In this document: positions 62,994-64,000 of the stretch, piece after piece
Layout of the letters: every line of letters begins with the position of its first letter
Numbering within the stretch: the stretch's first letter is position 1
Source of the DNA: Spirochaetia bacterium
GTDB taxonomy: Bacteria > Spirochaetota > Spirochaetia > DSM-2461
Length of the DNA: 64,000 nucleotides
Direction of reading: 5' to 3'
Assembly (NCBI GenBank): GCA_963668315.1
Contig: OY764216.1
Location: 5,120,001 to 5,184,000, forward strand
The notes under the pieces: model-generated
Seen by the model: the letters and a program-made list of their open reading frames with translations, nothing else
What the model was told of the DNA's origin: nothing
Databases searched by the model: none
Translations under genes and position numbers: made by a program

Positions 62994-63602
62994 CTAAAGG
63001 ACGGACAACCCGGAAACAACCAGTTCGAATATGGCTCTGTAATCTCCCCCGAAGGGAAGAACCGTATCCCCCCCATCCAGACGGTCCGCCAGCTTATCCC
63101 GGAAGGAAATCAGCTCAAGGACTTTCTGACCGTAAATTTCATGGGAACGTTTATCCCCGATCCAGACAGGTACGCCCGCCTCTATGAGGATCAGGATCAT
63201 CTCGATTATCTGGAAGAGCGAATCCTCTCCGTATCCTTCCAGCTTTACGGCGGAGACCCCTTTTTCCCTTGCTTCATCCATCCCGGAAAATTCTTCTCCG
63301 GGAAGAAATTCATCCGCCATGACAAGGGCGCCGACCCCCAGGAAGGTGGGAAAGGAGATAAACTCCACTTTCTCGTCTTCGGCCAGCAGCTCCGGCCGGG
63401 CAGCCACGGTCCAGGAACCGTCCTCTTCCTGAATATTGATAAGATGATTTATATAATCGCGGAAGTCATCGAGAGAGAATTCCTCGTCCGGCAGGTTTCC
63501 CAGACGGAACTGGCGCACCACGTTTCTCATGGATTCAACGGCGCCGCTCATCTTTTCATAATCGTTTTCCTTAGATTTAATAACTGTTTTCCTTAAATTC
63601 AT
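62994..63602 (-). CDS. Hypothetical protein
   Basis: GGAGG RBS; one QxxDGSW motif. Confidence 0.65.
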   Translation of the reverse strand: MNLRKTVIKSKENDYEKMSGAVESMRNVVRQFRLGNLPDEEFSLDDFRDYINHLINIQEEDGSWTVAARPELLAEDEKVEFISFPTFLGVGALVMADEFLPGEEFSGMDEAREKGVSAVKLEGYGEDSLFQIIEMILILIEAGVPVWIGDKRSHEIYGQKVLELISFRDKLADRLDGGDTVLPFGGDYRAIFELVVSGLSVL

Positions 63603-63702
63603 GAGAATCCTCCGATCATAGCCTCACTAAACGGTTATTCATGTTATCGGAATGGCCCTGTTTTGTCATCAAGGAAAAAGAGGATTTTGGAAAAAAGAAC
63701 AT

Positions 63703-64000
63703 CTACCGCCAGCGGGCTTCCAGGAGCTCATAAAACTTTCTGTCCCCGCCGGCCAGAGAGAGATACCCGCGGCTCTCCGCCCCCTCCCCTATGAGGCGGT
63801 CTATGATGGTATAGTAATTTTCCCCGCCGGTCATAAGATACCCCATCATGGCATAGTAAACGACACCCCGGTCCTCTCCGTCCAGGGCGGTCGCCCGAGC
63901 TCCCCCTTCCAGTAGATTCCGGACGGAAAGCCAATCGCCCAGGAAAGCGGCATACATCAGTGCGGTTCTCCCCTCTCCGTCCCTCCGCGTCACGGTACAG
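63703..64000 (-). CDS. Ankyrin repeat protein (partial, 5' end outside the window)
   Basis: D.EGRTALMYAA..G...VR.LLE.GA. Confidence 0.75.
   Translation of the reverse strand, partial: CTVTRRDGEGRTALMYAAFLGDWLSVRNLLEGGARATALDGEDRGVVYYAMMGYLMTGGENYYTIIDRLIGEGAESRGYLSLAGGDRKFYELLEARWR

Noticed and set aside
1..64000. CRISPR array, cas1, transposase, tRNA or rRNA
   Set aside because: No regularly spaced direct repeats or diagnostic motifs seen by eye

Overview
Bacterial chromosomal window, most likely from a free-living spirochaete (Spirochaetaceae-like, inferred from spirochaetal lipoboxes, an aroF-pheA fusion, GAF-PtsP and a lolA-rodZ-rimO-pcrA block). It is mostly housekeeping: ftsY, prfB with a programmed +1 frameshift, a sigma54 nitrogen module (NifA-like activator, amtB, glnK, type III glnA), an MCP, a SUF operon, a LysR/GH3/GH63-like/lyase-like sugar cluster, rubrerythrin-perR, proC, ptsP, mazG and rmuC. 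I found no rRNA, tRNA, CRISPR array or transposase. The most notable signals are: (1) an orphan Cas2/VapD-like gene heading the prfB-ftsY operon; (2) a tandem (T/G)ACA-N4-TGT(A/C) enhancer pair, spaced 30-31 bp, at three nitrogen loci, with one pair inside the activator's own coding tail; (3) a ~97-nt rod-shaped candidate ncRNA with its own promoter, next to an unannotated 51-aa membrane peptide; (4) about ten apparently leaderless genes; (5) a GH3 with Gln at the acid/base position, a nonsense-broken GH114-like gene and two apparent pseudoenzymes. All calls were made by eye, without database searches.
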